DNA of 64,000 bases. It comes from Calditrichia bacterium. Lineage in GTDB: Bacteria > Calditrichota > Calditrichia > JAJRVZ01. Where the stretch lies: contig CAWCNS010000006.1 in the NCBI GenBank assembly GCA_963796965.1, positions 160,001 to 224,000 of the forward strand, in the 5' to 3' direction. Below, one piece after another: positions 21,317 through 34,383 of this stretch. The notes under the pieces are model-generated. The model saw only the letters and a program-made list of their open reading frames with translations, ran no database searches and had not been told where the DNA came from. Position numbers and translations under genes: made by a program. How positions within the stretch are numbered: position 1 is the first letter of the stretch; each line of letters starts with the position of its first letter.

Positions 21317-23933
21317 CTAATACGAAACATTTCTTGCAGAGCCTGACGGATGCTTTGTTAATTTAAGATCTTGCAATATATCCGCTTTCACATTTATTCG
21401 GAATGAATAATAGTCTACACTGGGCTGCCAATTGAATGACATTTCCCAGCAATGTAAGTCCCGATAAATTGATATACTCTGATAAACAAGATCCTTTTTT
21501 ATTGCATCATAAGTCCCGGTCCAATTAATTTTCCAATTTTTAGTTATTGATACACTTGCCCTGGCTTTAATATTAAACCGTTCAATTTTATTAATAGTAC
21601 TACGATTTAAATTATAATTAAAATTAAAATTTACACGCCAGGGGATATTGACGCGTTTGGCTGCAAATTCATCAGAGATATCTTCTTCCGAATAATACAG
21701 ATCTTCATTCCTAAGATCATCTTCTTCTTCCTCGAGCACTTCCTCCATACCTTCCTCTGCCGCGACTTCTGCTTTTTTATCGCCCTTCCCTTTAAAAATT
21801 GATTGATCGAGTGAAAAACCCATATTAGCATTTAAATTGAGAAGTCTGGGAATTGTATATTCATTGATTGCTCCACTACCCTGTGAATTTCTCTTGTAGA
21901 AACTATGTTGACTTGAGACAGTAATATTTACCCCTTTTACAGGCGAAGCAGAAAAATTTGATGATAAGTTCTGCCATTTAAGACTATCAGCTAAAAAATT
22001 AATCCCCGTATTAAAATTCCATGTAAACAAATCTACTTTAGTTTCTTCATCTCCATCAACCATTTTTGCCTGAAAGAAATTTCTCAATCCAATTTGCATC
22101 GATTGAGCTTTTCCTCTTGGCGTACCACCAAACGCTGTATTTCCAAACCGATCTACAGGAGTTATATTTCCAGAGCTATCCACAACTTCTACATAGTAAC
22201 CATATGAGGGATCTGAAAAATCTGGAGAGAAGCGAAAAGAAACACTTGGATCCAATTTGTGACGTATAAACTTTAGATTACCGATATTAGGTTCGAAAAG
22301 TCCAAACATGGTGGTATTTAATGAAATTGCCCCGCTATAGGTCTGACGTATGGCAAAACCCGATACCTCATTCTTTGCAACACCATCAATCAATGAATCA
22401 TATTCGGCTGCTGTTGTTTCATTTACCCAAATGGAGTTGTAAGATATTGACGGTGATATATTGAAATATTTAAAGATCTTTTGTGGTGAGTTCAGACTTA
22501 TATCATGTTTAATACCATATTTCTCATCACTTTCAAAAGTATCATCCTCTAATTTTATTGAACCTCCCTTCCCAAGAAGCTTGACCGGTGTATGAAAAAT
22601 TGACTTGTTGATACCATGCACGTTCCCCACGAGGCATTTCTCCGGTAATCGTTTCATAAATGGAAGACTGAGATCTTGAAAAACGTAAATTTGGCGCTGT
22701 ATAGGTGGTTGTTCCTGTTTGCAAATTTTCTGTCCGGCTCAAACTAAACTGCATACTATTTTTTGTTCCTGTCCATTTTTTGCTTAAAGTCAGATTTGAG
22801 GTTAAAATTTGATCAACGCGCCGGTTGTAATCTGATGCATAATCTTTTGCCAGCTCACCATCGCTTTGAAATTTTCCACTGGCTGCTAAACGAAGTGTAG
22901 GATCAATGGTTTGTGTATGTGAGAACTGGAGTGCCCAACGATTTCTTAATTCTGGTCGGTTTGGATCAGTGGGAAGATAAAATCCGGAAACTCGTCCATT
23001 CAGTATGTAACGTATGATATAGTTAAAATTTGCGCTATAGGTAAAACCTAATTTATCATAATAATCCGCGGCAAAAGTAGCATCAATATAATCATTCGGT
23101 GCCCAATAATATCCCATATTCTTCAGAAATCTCCCACCATATGCGCTTTCTCCATAACTCGGAATCACGATACCGGAATGACGGCCCTTTTTGTTTGGAA
23201 ATACGCCAAATGGGATTACCATCAGGGGTACATCTGCAATATAGAGATAGACCGGTCTGGCAACTACCTTTTCACCAACCTCTACCCGCATCTTGGGACT
23301 GCGGAAATAAAAATGGGGATGATCGATATATTCGCATGAAGTAAAATATCCATCTTCAACTAATAGCGTTTTATCCGTTATCTTATAAATTTGTTCACCT
23401 TTATAATATCCTGGGGGCATTTTAGTTTTACCATTTCCAATTTTTCCCCTTTTGGTATTAAAGTCGTAATAAAGTGTTGTTCCTTGGATGGGCTCCTCTC
23501 CTCTTTCGGAAAAAACTGGAGTACCAGAATATATTGGATTACCTTCACTATCCACAGTGTCCAAAACTCCCTCTGCAAACATCGTTTTATCATCTTGATC
23601 AATCATTATTTTCTCGGCATCGAGTTTCAAATTCTGATAAACAACCTTTGCATCTCCTTGAAGATATATCTTATTTCCTGTACGGCTAACACTTACAATC
23701 GATGCAGAATATATAATAGGTCCATCTAATTGCATACCTTGCTTCTTATCATCCTTAGTTGAATCTATCTGCACTGAATCCGATACTAATGAATCGCTAT
23801 TTGCATTCTGGATTAAGGTATCTGATGATAGGGTATCTTCTAAAACAGGTAGGTTATACGAGAAAACTCCCGATGCAAAAATAAGCAAAAACCAGGTGAT
23901 CTTAGTTATTAATTTTGCAGGACCATTAGTCAT
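21317..23933 (-). CDS. lptD: LPS assembly outer-membrane protein LptD-like (frameshift ~22550-22650)
   Basis: OstA-like N-terminus, FTSC...PHF, RDLHCWEMSFNW. Confidence 0.85.
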
Positions 23934-24067
23934 CAGAAATATCTATATTTAGTAATAAATTTGGCAAAGACATATTATTGTACGAAATTATAACAAATCG
24001 TTTCCATCAGCGTTAATTTCATTGCATTTTCTTATCCCAAAAAAGATAAACAATACGAAGTACCATC

Positions 24068-26193
24068 TCAGGGTATCAGGGCAAAATCAACTTTACCATC
24101 TTCCATACTAACTTTGTCTACTCTAATCTTTACTTCATCTCCCAACCTTAACTTAAATCCTGTATCCCGACCAACTAAAGTATATGTCTTTTCATCATAA
24201 ATATAATAATCGTCATCGAGATTTCGAATATGAACCAGTCCCTCAACCAGGGTATCAATTAATTCAATAAAAATTCCAAATGACATCACACCAGAAATTA
24301 CACCCTTAAATTCTTCTCCTATTTTTTGACTGATATATTCCACTTGTTTAAGTCTGATTGATTCACGTTCCGCCTCCATCGCCGTGCGTTCGGTAATATT
24401 TGATTGGTCACAGATCTTTTGGAGTGATTGAACTTTCTATGGTTCTGTTCTCTTGGGCTTCCTTTAATGTATTGTTTTAACAACCGGTGAACCATTAAAT
24501 CCGGATACCTTCGAATAGGAGAAGTAAAATGTGTATAGTCATTAAAACCCAGACCAAAGTGCCCGATGTTTTTTGTGGCATATACTGCTTTCATCATTGA
24601 CCGCAGAGCAACCTCTTCAATTACAATCTCCTCTTTTCTGCCTTTTATACTGTTTAATAATCCTTGAAAGTATTGAGAGGTTACATTTTTTGCTGGCTGA
24701 AATTTTATTTTTAGAGCATCGAAGAAACTCAAAAAACTTATTCATTTTATCCTTGTCAGGTTTTTCATGAATACGGTAAATAAAAGGCGGACTTTCCTTG
24801 CCAGATCCCATATTTTGAATGTGTTGAGCAACGGTTTTATTGGCCAAAAGCATAAATTCTTCTATCAGACGATGGGAATCTAGTCTTTCCTTTCGGGTGA
24901 TGCTCGTAGGAAATCCTCGTTCATCAAGATCAAATACAATTTCTGGTGTTTCGAAATCGATTCCACCCTCATCTAATCGTTTTTTTGTTAAAATTTTGCT
25001 TAAACGCATCATGCTCTTTAGCGTGTCAGTATGATCACTTTCTTTTTTATCATCTACTACTTTTTGTGCCTCTTCGTAAGTAAATCTATATTTACTATTA
25101 ATAATAGAAGGTTTTATTGAATGGGAAATAACTTCTCCTTGCGGGTTGATCTCCATAATACAGGAAAAAGTAAGTTTATCCTCATTGGGGCGCAAACTGC
25201 ATAAATTATTAGATAAATATTCTGGCAACATTGGAATTACCCGGTCTACTAAATAAGTACTCGTTCCTCTGTTAAAAGCTTCCTTTCTCAATCTGAGCGT
25301 TTTCATTGACATAGTGGCTAACATCGGCAATGTGAACACCTAGTGAATAATTTCCATTTTTTAAAACCTCGAGAGATACTGCATCATCAAAATCTTTTGC
25401 GTCGAAAGGATCAATTGTAAAAATTTCTTGTTTGCGCAAATCAATCCGTATGGTTAATTTCTTTTTCTTCTATTTCAGATTTAATCTGCGAGGCCTCTTT
25501 CGCAGGCGCATCCGGAAAAGTTGTAGAAATACCAAAAGAATAGGCAACAGCAGCGACATCCACACCAGGGTCCCCCGGATAGCCAAGAATTTCTAATACT
25601 TTTCCTTCTGGATTTAAATGGTCCGTATCCCATTTTTCTAATTTGACCAGAATTTTCTGACCCTCTTTTGCCTCTTTTTGTTTTTCTTTTGGGATAAAAA
25701 AGTCTCTGTATATCTTAGGATCATCTGGTACCATAAAACCATAATAACTTGTCTTATGAAAAGTTCCAACAAATTGACTCCTTTTACGTTCAATTATTTT
25801 TGTAACAAATCCCTCGAGATTTTTACCGCGATGTCGTGCATAGAGTTTTACTTCAACAACATCTTTGTCTAATGCTGTATTTAAGTGATCCCTGCTTATA
25901 TATACATCTGTTTCATTATCCTCCTGAATAACAAATCCAAAACCACCCCTGGTAAGTCTTAATTCTCCAAAAATCTTTTTAGTTTTAGCGGCAAGCGAAT
26001 AACCACCACTCTTTTTGTCTTTATTTAACCTACCAGACTGTATTAACGAATCCATCGCCTTTTCAAACAATCGTATATTCTTATTACTTATACCAAGATC
26101 ATTTTTAATTTCCTCAATTTTTGTAACGGAATTTCTTCTTTTTACAAAAGAGATAATATTTTTCTGCTGTTTATTAATCTTTTTTTTGTCCAT
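24068..26193 (-). CDS. rnr: Ribonuclease R (several indels)
   Basis: [36 protein letters not shown]-terminal S1 domain. Confidence 0.93.
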
Positions 26194-26196
26194 AAT

Positions 26197-27072
26197 TTAT
26201 ATAACCTCAATTTGAAGAATTCTGGGAATATCATTTAAATCATTAAAAATCTGTATTTCTTTTACTTTTAGTTTCTCTGCCCGATCAATAATTATCTCAG
26301 ACTGGGTACCGCTGAGTTCTAATACGAAGAATTTACTCTTAAGCCCCTTCTCAATCAACGAGAAGATTTTATCATAAAAGGTGAATCCATCCTTCTCATC
26401 TGTTAATGCCACATGCGGTTCGTATGATTTAACTTCTTCTTCAAGACCTGTCATCTCACTCTTGCCAATATAAGGGGGATTAGATACTATAATATTAGGG
26501 TGTAATGAGGCCGGAAGCTCCTCTTCCAAAAAATTGTGATGAATTAACTGAACTTCTTTTTCCATACGATTTAGTTTAATGTTAGAATCCGCAATTTGAA
26601 GCGCATCAGTGGAGACATCACTCCCAACAACTCTACTTTCAGGCCAGAGTAGGGCTATGCTGATGGCAATGCATCCACTTCCGGTTCCGATATCCCAAAT
26701 AGTCGGAATATTCTCTTTAAATTTTTCTTTTAGAAGTAAGACTTTCTCTACTAATAACTCTGTTTCAGGACGTGGTATTAATACGGAAGGAGATACATTA
26801 AATTTAAATCCCATAAATTCTGTTTCACCTATAATATATTGCAGGGGTTCATGCTCTGCTCTTCTTTTGATTAAATCACGATAGGTATTTAATTCGGAAG
26901 TAGTAAGAATGCGATCGTACTGAAGATATAGTTGAATTCGATCAATTTCTAACACATGAGATAGAAGCCACTCAGCACTTAATCTGAAATGATAAATTTC
27001 CTTTTTTTTAAAATAGTCGCTGGTGCGATTTATCGCTTCTACAATGGTTAGGGGATTTTTTTGAATTGACAT
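26197..27072 (-). CDS. prmC: Release factor glutamine methyltransferase
   Basis: EPLQYI, LIPRPETE, DIGTGSG, SNPPY. Confidence 0.95.
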   Translation of the reverse strand: MSIQKNPLTIVEAINRTSDYFKKKEIYHFRLSAEWLLSHVLEIDRIQLYLQYDRILTTSELNTYRDLIKRRAEHEPLQYIIGETEFMGFKFNVSPSVLIPRPETELLVEKVLLLKEKFKENIPTIWDIGTGSGCIAISIALLWPESRVVGSDVSTDALQIADSNIKLNRMEKEVQLIHHNFLEEELPASLHPNIIVSNPPYIGKSEMTGLEEEVKSYEPHVALTDEKDGFTFYDKIFSLIEKGLKSKFFVLELSGTQSEIIIDRAEKLKVKEIQIFNDLNDIPRILQIEVI

Positions 27073-27211
27073 GAATACTGTCAGTTTAAAGGAAGAATGA
27101 TATGTAATTTATATTCGTGAAATATAAGTAAGTTTCAACTACTGTGCGCAAATTAAGTCTAAGTTATTACAAATATATCTATTTAATAAAGATCGCCAAT
27201 AAGTATATATT

Positions 27212-28285
27212 CTAAACCATCTCTTCCTGAAGACGTTGATTTCTATCAGTAATATGTAATCGATCCACAAATTCATCCAGCTCGCCTTCAAGTACTTTAT
27301 CTAATTTATATAGTGTAAGGTTTATTCTATGATCCGTCACCCGTCCTTGAGGATAATTATATGTTCTAATTTTGGCACTTCGATCACCCCCAGCAACCAT
27401 ATTTCTTCTCTGCGAGGTAATAGATTCATTCCGCTCGGATTGTGCTTTATCAAATAGTCTTGCCTTGAGGACTTTCATCGCTTTATTTTTATTTTTTAAT
27501 TGTGATTTTTCATCTTGGCAGGTAACCACAATTCCAGTCGGTATATGAGTAATTCTTACTGCGGAATCAGTAGTATTCACACTTTGTCCCCCCGGGCCGG
27601 AAGAACGATAGACATCAACCCTCAAATCATTAGGGTTAATATCAATCTCAACATCTTCTACCTCAGGTAATATGACGACAGAAGAGGCAGAAGTATGAAT
27701 ACGGCCTTGTGTTTCTGTATCTGGAACACGCTGAACACGATGAACTCCACTCTCAAACTTTAATGTGCCGTAGCCATTATCTCCGCTCACGATAAAAATA
27801 ATTTCTTTAAACCCGCCTCTTTCTGAAATATTTGTGCTCAATTGCTCAATTTTTAATTTTTTCCGTTCACAAAATTTTGAATACATGCGATAGAGATCAC
27901 CAGCAAATATAGCGGCCTCATCTCCGCCGGTTCCAGCCCGGATTTCCACAATAGCATTCTTTGAATCATTGGGATCTTTGGGAATAAGAAGATGTTTTAA
28001 TTGCTCTTCCATTTCCTCCCGCTTGGAACTAAGCCCGGATATTTCTTCTTTTGCAATTTCAATCAATTCTTCATCATCTCCAGCATCGATAATTTCTTGA
28101 TCCTCATCAATTTGAAGGATCAGCTCATAAAGTTGGTCATACTGACTGATTACCTGTTGCAATTCATTCTGTTCTCTGGCCAGTTTTCTGAATTTCACTT
28201 GATCTGATAAAACTTCAGGTCGGGATAATTCCTGTGCTAATTCATCATTTCTTGATCGTATTTTCTCAATTTTCTCTTCAAGCAT
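27212..28285 (-). CDS. prfA: Peptide chain release factor 1
   Basis: [12 protein letters not shown] (PxT), [12 protein letters not shown]. Confidence 0.97.
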   Translation of the reverse strand: MLEEKIEKIRSRNDELAQELSRPEVLSDQVKFRKLAREQNELQQVISQYDQLYELILQIDEDQEIIDAGDDEELIEIAKEEISGLSSKREEMEEQLKHLLIPKDPNDSKNAIVEIRAGTGGDEAAIFAGDLYRMYSKFCERKKLKIEQLSTNISERGGFKEIIFIVSGDNGYGTLKFESGVHRVQRVPDTETQGRIHTSASSVVILPEVEDVEIDINPNDLRVDVYRSSGPGGQSVNTTDSAVRITHIPTGIVVTCQDEKSQLKNKNKAMKVLKARLFDKAQSERNESITSQRRNMVAGGDRSAKIRTYNYPQGRVTDHRINLTLYKLDKVLEGELDEFVDRLHITDRNQRLQEEMV

Positions 28286-28294
28286 ATTTTCCCC

Positions 28295-29306
28295 TCAAAT
28301 CGCAGCCTTCTCTGATGGAACAGATTCTTCAGGAACCAACTCATCTTTATAGTCGTCGCCCAAGGCCGCACGCAGGGCAGCTGATTGCAACTTCAACCTG
28401 ACTATTATCTGGTTGACTTGTTGTGATTCTCTGCAATCCCAGACCCGGTGTAATAAGCCATCGGACTATTTTAGAATCAGCATGTTTAGCGGATGCTTTC
28501 AATGCTTCATATGAAAGACCGCCGACAAATGGAATGAGAGGGATATGTGTAACTAAACGTGTTATTAAGATTAATACTTCCTGTAAATGAGATGATAAGT
28601 GAATCCAAAAATGCGAAGAAAATTAGGGATATCAACATTACAATTACAATAAAACTCGTTCCACACCGCGGATGAAATGTTGAATATTCCTGCACATTTA
28701 GGAGCAGAAAGAAATACCTTATCTTCAAAAGCAAAAATTGATTTGTGTTCAGCACCATGATATTGGAAAAGACGTTTAACATCTTTCATAAATGAAATTC
28801 CCCAAACATATAGCAGGAAGAAAACGATTCGGATAAGACCAGAGACAAAGTTAAAAAGCAAGGCTTCTTTTTCAATATTAAAAATTTCAGTGGTTAGATA
28901 GAGAGGTAAAATAAAAAACATACCTATACCTATACTCAATGCAATGGCAACAGTAAATATAGCACTCGCTGTTGACATTCCTTGTTTTTTCTTTTTTTTG
29001 GGTTTTTTGCCCTTCTTTATCTCTTCCTCTTCTACATCTTCCATCGCTTTATCAGCCGACCATTGTAATGTCTTAATACCGAGAATCATTACTTCAATCA
29101 AGGTTACGGCGCCACGAATAATTGGCATATTAAATATTTTCTTTCGCTGTATTAAAGATGTATATTCATCCGTTTTAACTTCAATCGTCACCACTGGCTC
29201 TTCTTATTGCCGTAGCCAACCGTTTAGGTGAACGCATCATGACACCTTCAATAACAGCTTGCCCTCCCACCGGCATTATTTTTTCTTCAACTTCTTGTTT
29301 CTTCAT
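28295..29306 (-). CDS. DUF1385 domain protein (frameshifted)
   Basis: [29 protein letters not shown]; typical rpmE-DUF1385-prfA context. Confidence 0.88.
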
Positions 29307-29363
29307 ATATATATCCTATTAATAGATAATAATAATTTTATAACTATGGTAGTAGACTTAAAC

Positions 29364-29407
29364 AAAAAAACGGAACATGCGCTTTCAATTCAGTCATGTT
29401 CCGTTTT
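29364..29407 (-). terminator. Intrinsic terminator after rpmE
   Basis: aaaacggaacatg...catgttccgtttt inverted repeat with T-run on the minus strand. Confidence 0.75.
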
Positions 29408-29435
29408 ATAATATATCTTACCACCCAGGAGGTGG

Positions 29436-29636
29436 TTACTTTTTATTATATTTCTTTAGGAATTTCTCAACCCGTCCTGCAGAGTCAACAAGTTTCTGTT
29501 TACCTGTAAAAAACGGATGACAGGCTGAACAAATTTCTACTTTCATATCTCCAACAGTAGAATAGGTTTGAAATGAATTTCCACATGCACAATTTACTTG
29601 TGTCATTTTATATTCTGGATGTATACCCTTTTTCAT
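29436..29636 (-). CDS. rpmE: 50S ribosomal protein L31 (zinc type)
   Basis: MKKGIHPEY...CACG...[10 protein letters not shown]; start reassigned to 29636 with AGGAG RBS. Confidence 0.96.
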   Translation of the reverse strand: MKKGIHPEYKMTQVNCACGNSFQTYSTVGDMKVEICSACHPFFTGKQKLVDSAGRVEKFLKKYNKK

Positions 29637-29776
29637 TATAAATACTCCTGATATCATTGATAATATTAAGCCTATTAATTTAATAACAAGATCTTGCATG
29701 TGCAAGTGTATCTTTCCGAAATAGACTATAGCAGGTTTACCGACCTAACAATTTTTTAATTTACTAACAATGGTCA

Positions 29777-31027
29777 TTACGTATTCATGGATCTTAAAAA
29801 GTCTTTATTATCTTTTGTCTCTCTCATTCTTTCAAGTAGAAACTCCATGCCTTCAATAATATTCATTTCATTTAATAATTTTCGCAAAATCCAAACACGT
29901 GACAATTCTTCTCTGGTCAATAATAATTCTTCTTTACGGGTACCTGATTTATTTAATTCAATCGACGGGAATATTCTTCGATCGGTAAGACGGCGATCCA
30001 GAACGAGTTCCATATTACCTGTGCCTTTAAACTCCTCAAAAATGACCTCATCCATCCGGGAACCTGTATCAATAAGTGCAGTAGCCATAATTGTGAGACT
30101 TCCCCCTTCTTCAATATTTCTTGCTGCTCCAAAAAATCTTTTTGGTTTGTGAAGAGCATTTGAATCCACACCACCGGAGAGAATTTTACCGCTATGTGGC
30201 ACGACCGTATTATGGGCCCTTGCCAGACGGGTAATACTATCAAGCAAAATAACAACATCTTTTTTGTATTCAACTAATCGTTTCGCTTTTTCCAAAACCA
30301 TATCAGCAACTTGCACATGGCGCTCAGCTGGTTCATCAAAAGTTGAACTTATGACTTCAGCATCCACCGAACGTTCCATATCGGTCACTTCTTCAGGACG
30401 TTCATCAATTAACAAAACAATCATTTCGACTTCCGGATGATTGGTTGTAATCGAATTTGCAATTTTCTGCAATAATATAGTTTTACCGGTACGTGGTTGG
30501 GCAACAATCATCCCCCTTTGGCCTTTTCCGAGAGGTGTTAGCAAGTTCATAATTCTCATCGAAAAATCACGCGGTTTTGTTTCCAGATTTATACGTTCTT
30601 CGGGATAAAGTGGAGTAAGATTATCAAATAGTAACCTATCCCTTGCCTTTTCTGGAGATTCAAAGTTTACCGCTTCTACGCGTAAAAGGGCAAAAAATCT
30701 TTCGTTATCCTTTGGAGGACGTATTTGTCCGGTAACCGTATCACCTGTTCTAAGGTTAAATCTTTTTATCTGCGATGGTGAGATATAAATGTCATCGGGA
30801 CCGGGTAGGTAATTATAATTTGGTGAACGTAGAAAACCATAGCCATCTGGTAATATTTCCAGCACACCTTTTGAAAACAACAAACCCTCCTGGGCTGTCT
30901 GTTCCTCTAAGATCCTGAAAATTAACTCCGCTTTCTTAAGCCCACTATAACCAGAAATATTCATTTCCTGGGCAATTTTGTTCAATTCAGAGATCTTTTT
31001 TTCTTTTAGTTCTTCGATATCCAGCAT
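29777..31027 (-). CDS. rho: Transcription termination factor Rho
   Basis: [31 protein letters not shown]. Confidence 0.98.
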   Translation of the reverse strand: MLDIEELKEKKISELNKIAQEMNISGYSGLKKAELIFRILEEQTAQEGLLFSKGVLEILPDGYGFLRSPNYNYLPGPDDIYISPSQIKRFNLRTGDTVTGQIRPPKDNERFFALLRVEAVNFESPEKARDRLLFDNLTPLYPEERINLETKPRDFSMRIMNLLTPLGKGQRGMIVAQPRTGKTILLQKIANSITTNHPEVEMIVLLIDERPEEVTDMERSVDAEVISSTFDEPAERHVQVADMVLEKAKRLVEYKKDVVILLDSITRLARAHNTVVPHSGKILSGGVDSNALHKPKRFFGAARNIEEGGSLTIMATALIDTGSRMDEVIFEEFKGTGNMELVLDRRLTDRRIFPSIELNKSGTRKEELLLTREELSRVWILRKLLNEMNIIEGMEFLLERMRETKDNKDFLRSMNT

Positions 31028-31410
31028 CGGATAAAACCTTTCTTCAATTTAGACTCACATTGATTCCTTCTGAAAACCTATGCTATATGGCATATTTGTA
31101 TGAAATTGTCAGGTATTGAGCCAGAAACACATACCGAACATTATAAATTCTGAATAATATATTTGTAATAGACGGCCTGGTCTTAAGGCAATTCAGAGAC
31201 AATTTACCTATAGGGGATATGCTTCTAATTTAACGATGATAATTTCAATAAGGATGTTAACAATAAGTCTTTATAATAATTAATTTAATATATTGTGTTT
31301 ATTTTATTGGTATAATTTAGTGCTCAGCATGAATTCCTATTTTATGATACGAGCATGATTGAATCCACCTTAGGCGAGAAAACTTAAATGGAGCTTTTCG
31401 CAGATGGTTA

Positions 31411-31439
31411 AATTTAAGCCGTTAATATTATTGTGTCAA
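31411..31439 (-). promoter_or_regulatory. Putative rho promoter TTGACA-N17-TAAATT
   Basis: Perfect -35 overlapping the folC stop, 17-nt spacer. Confidence 0.65.
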
Positions 31440-32722
31440 GTGTTTTTGCCTGAAAACGCAAGTAATTCACCAATGATATAATGACTTCCCATAACAAATA
31501 AAACATCATTTTTAGCCATATTTTGAATTGTTTTGGCATATGCCTCTGTGATTGATTTACAAATAATTGCCTCCATTCCGTATTTTTTAAATTCCTTTAA
31601 TATGAGTTGCGCGGACAAAGCACGGTCGTGTGCTGGTTCAGTAATAATTACATTGCGAAATGATTCATGTATCATCCTAATGATGGGTTTATAGGCTTTG
31701 TCTTCTAATAATCCAAAAAGCAAATACTTCTCACCACTACAGGACAATTTATCGACAAATTCCAGGGTGTGTTTAAAACCAGCATAATTATGACTGACAT
31801 CAAAATAAACTAACGGAGATTGAGAAACTATCTGAAGACGACCTGGCCATGTTATCTCACCTAAAGCTTTTTTAATAAGTTTCTCAGAAAATACCATACT
31901 CGAGTTTTCCAAGAACCATCGGGAACATAAATAAGCCAGACCAGCATTTCCCGCTTGATAATATCCGGCAAGATTTACTCTAATATGTTCAATCGTCTTC
32001 TTCCTTAACCGATCAAAAAGTCTAAAAGTGAGATCGTCCTGACCGGAACAGATTTCATCTATTCTTATGGTATCTGTAAAATAATAACATGTCTTAGCAC
32101 GTGAAGATGCATGTATTAATACATCTCTAACATTCTTCTTCTGTTTTGCAACAAATACCGTTGATCCATTCTTGATAATAGATGCTTTTTCCAAGGCAAT
32201 AGATTTTAAACGAGAGCCCAGCTGTTTTGTATGATCAATTTCAATAGGAGTTATAACAACTGATAGGGGTTTTACGATATTCGTTGAATCGAGGCGTCCT
32301 CCTAAGCCAGTCTCAATAATCGCCACATCGATATTATTTTTTCTGAAATACATAAACGCTAGAGCAGTCGTCGTATCAAAAAAGGTAGCTCTTAGTTTAT
32401 TAACCAATGATGAAATCTTTTGCCAGTATTCAACAACGAAATCTTTGTCAATTTGTTCTTCATTGACAGTAATTCTTTCTCTAAAATCCACCAAGTGGGG
32501 GGAGGTATACAATCCAACCTTTAGTCCATGTAAAGATAAAATGGACTGAATCATACGCGAAGTAGAACCTTTCCCGTTGGTTCCAGCCACATGAATAACC
32601 GGATATGAATTCTGAGGATTATCTAAAAAATCGCAGATTTTTGTGATGTTATCCAAACCCATTTTGATGGAAAATTGCTGTAATTTATATAATTCTGAAA
32701 TTGTATTGGAATAAGTATTCAT
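31436..32722 (-). CDS. folC: Folylpolyglutamate/dihydrofolate synthase
   Basis: HVAGTNGKGS, YTSPHL, ETGLGGRLDSTN, WPGR. Confidence 0.95.
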   Translation of the reverse strand: MNTYSNTISELYKLQQFSIKMGLDNITKICDFLDNPQNSYPVIHVAGTNGKGSTSRMIQSILSLHGLKVGLYTSPHLVDFRERITVNEEQIDKDFVVEYWQKISSLVNKLRATFFDTTTALAFMYFRKNNIDVAIIETGLGGRLDSTNIVKPLSVVITPIEIDHTKQLGSRLKSIALEKASIIKNGSTVFVAKQKKNVRDVLIHASSRAKTCYYFTDTIRIDEICSGQDDLTFRLFDRLRKKTIEHIRVNLAGYYQAGNAGLAYLCSRWFLENSSMVFSEKLIKKALGEITWPGRLQIVSQSPLVYFDVSHNYAGFKHTLEFVDKLSCSGEKYLLFGLLEDKAYKPIIRMIHESFRNVIITEPAHDRALSAQLILKEFKKYGMEAIICKSITEAYAKTIQNMAKNDVLFVMGSHYIIGELLAFSGKNT

Positions 32723-32836
32723 ATTATAATTGAGACTTGATGTTTTTTGCGTTGAACAATCAGGAGTTTTGTGTTAATGAAAAATAAATGAATGTAAGCA
32801 TAAATGCGGTTTAAATATCAAATGTACATCTGAAAT

Positions 32837-33259
32837 TTATATCAATTTACCCAAAATATAACCAATAACTATTCCAATCAATAAAACCACTGTTAAGACC
32901 CGATAGTTCAGTACATCTCTAGAGTATCCCTTTTTGATTGCCACCACTGAAACAAAATAACCTAATGCGTTTATTATCCAAAAAATGGGCAAGGCAAGTA
33001 ATTTTGCTACTATTGGACCTATCAGGGGAACAAGTGCAATAATACTGATCAAGCCAACGAACGCCTGCGTAATTAAACCGAAAACAACAACAATTGCGCC
33101 AATAAGCGTTTTATCGACCTCATAATGAAGAGCCAAGGTAACAAAAATGCCAATAATCATCCATACGACGATTGTTTTCCAGAAAGCAAGAAAAAAATCT
33201 TTAATTGTAATATGAAGTTTAGTTGAAGTTACCTTGTTTTCGGGGGAGTTTTCATTCAT
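32837..33259 (-). CDS. Hypothetical small membrane protein
   Basis: 140-aa hydrophobic ORF overlapping the uppS stop by 1 nt. Confidence 0.7.
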   Translation of the reverse strand: MNENSPENKVTSTKLHITIKDFFLAFWKTIVVWMIIGIFVTLALHYEVDKTLIGAIVVVFGLITQAFVGLISIIALVPLIGPIVAKLLALPIFWIINALGYFVSVVAIKKGYSRDVLNYRVLTVVLLIGIVIGYILGKLI

Positions 33260-34047
33260 TAAGATTCTTGCAACGAGGTTTTAGAATACAATTGTTCGGT
33301 AACCATACCAAATCTGCGCTCTCGCTTCAAAAAGTTATTGATCGCTTCATGCAAATCTGGTGTCCTGAAATCAGGCCACAATGTATTTGTCACATATATT
33401 TCTGCATAGGCAATTTGCCAGAGCATAAAATTGCTTATTCTAAACTCACCACTTGTTCTTATGACCAGATCTGGATCTGGAAGTCCTGATGTTTGCAAAT
33501 ATTCACTAATTAATGACTCATCTATCTGGTCCGGTGCAATCTTCCCAGAAACCACATCCTCGACGATACCGGCGACCGCATTCTTAATTTCTTTTCGGCT
33601 TCCATAACTTAAAGCTAAATTTAATGTTAAACCTGTGTTATCTTTGGTCATCTCAATGGCATCCATCATGCTATAACTAGTATCCCCAGGCAGATCATCT
33701 AAATTACCTATGCAAGTAATCCGCACGTTTTTATCCATTAATTCTCTAATTTCGCGATTTAAAGTCCTCACCAGGAGTTTCATGAGAGCAGAAACTTCAT
33801 TCAATGGTCTTTTCCAATTTTCCTGAGAAAAAGTAAAGAGCGTAAGCACCTCTATACCCATCTCTCCACAAGCTTCTACAACTTCGCGAACAGAATCTAT
33901 ACCGGCGTTATGACCAGCGATCCGCGGTAACATTCGTTTTTTTGCCCAGCGGCCATTGCCATCCATAATAATCCCAATATGTCTTGGTAAATTGGGGTGT
34001 TCTGCTAACCAGGATTTTAAATTTTGCTTTTTAGGATTTGCATTCAC
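33259..34047 (-). CDS. uppS: Isoprenyl transferase (undecaprenyl diphosphate synthase)
   Basis: IIMDGNGRWA, FSQENWKRP, RTSGEFRISNF. Confidence 0.96.
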   Translation of the reverse strand: MNANPKKQNLKSWLAEHPNLPRHIGIIMDGNGRWAKKRMLPRIAGHNAGIDSVREVVEACGEMGIEVLTLFTFSQENWKRPLNEVSALMKLLVRTLNREIRELMDKNVRITCIGNLDDLPGDTSYSMMDAIEMTKDNTGLTLNLALSYGSRKEIKNAVAGIVEDVVSGKIAPDQIDESLISEYLQTSGLPDPDLVIRTSGEFRISNFMLWQIAYAEIYVTNTLWPDFRTPDLHEAINNFLKRERRFGMVTEQLYSKTSLQES

Positions 34048-34383
34048 TATATAATATCTCTTTTAAATTAAATAATTTACCTTCATTATATTGAAAGTCA
34101 AGAAAAATATGTTACCAAATTCTCAATAATTGTGAGCAATATTTATGATTATCGGAATAAAAACTCGGATATTTATTTTTAAAAATTGTATTTACTCAAT
34201 CAGGACAAAAATACACTAAAATTATAGTCAACAATATAAAAATGAATTTTCTATAGAAACTAACAAATCTATCTCAAAGTGCCAAAGAAAATTTAGACTG
34301 TATGAAGAACAGTTAATTTAATTGCGCTGATCGAGGTTCTTGTTTAAATTTTTAGTTTATATGAATTCTAACCGGCATAATGT

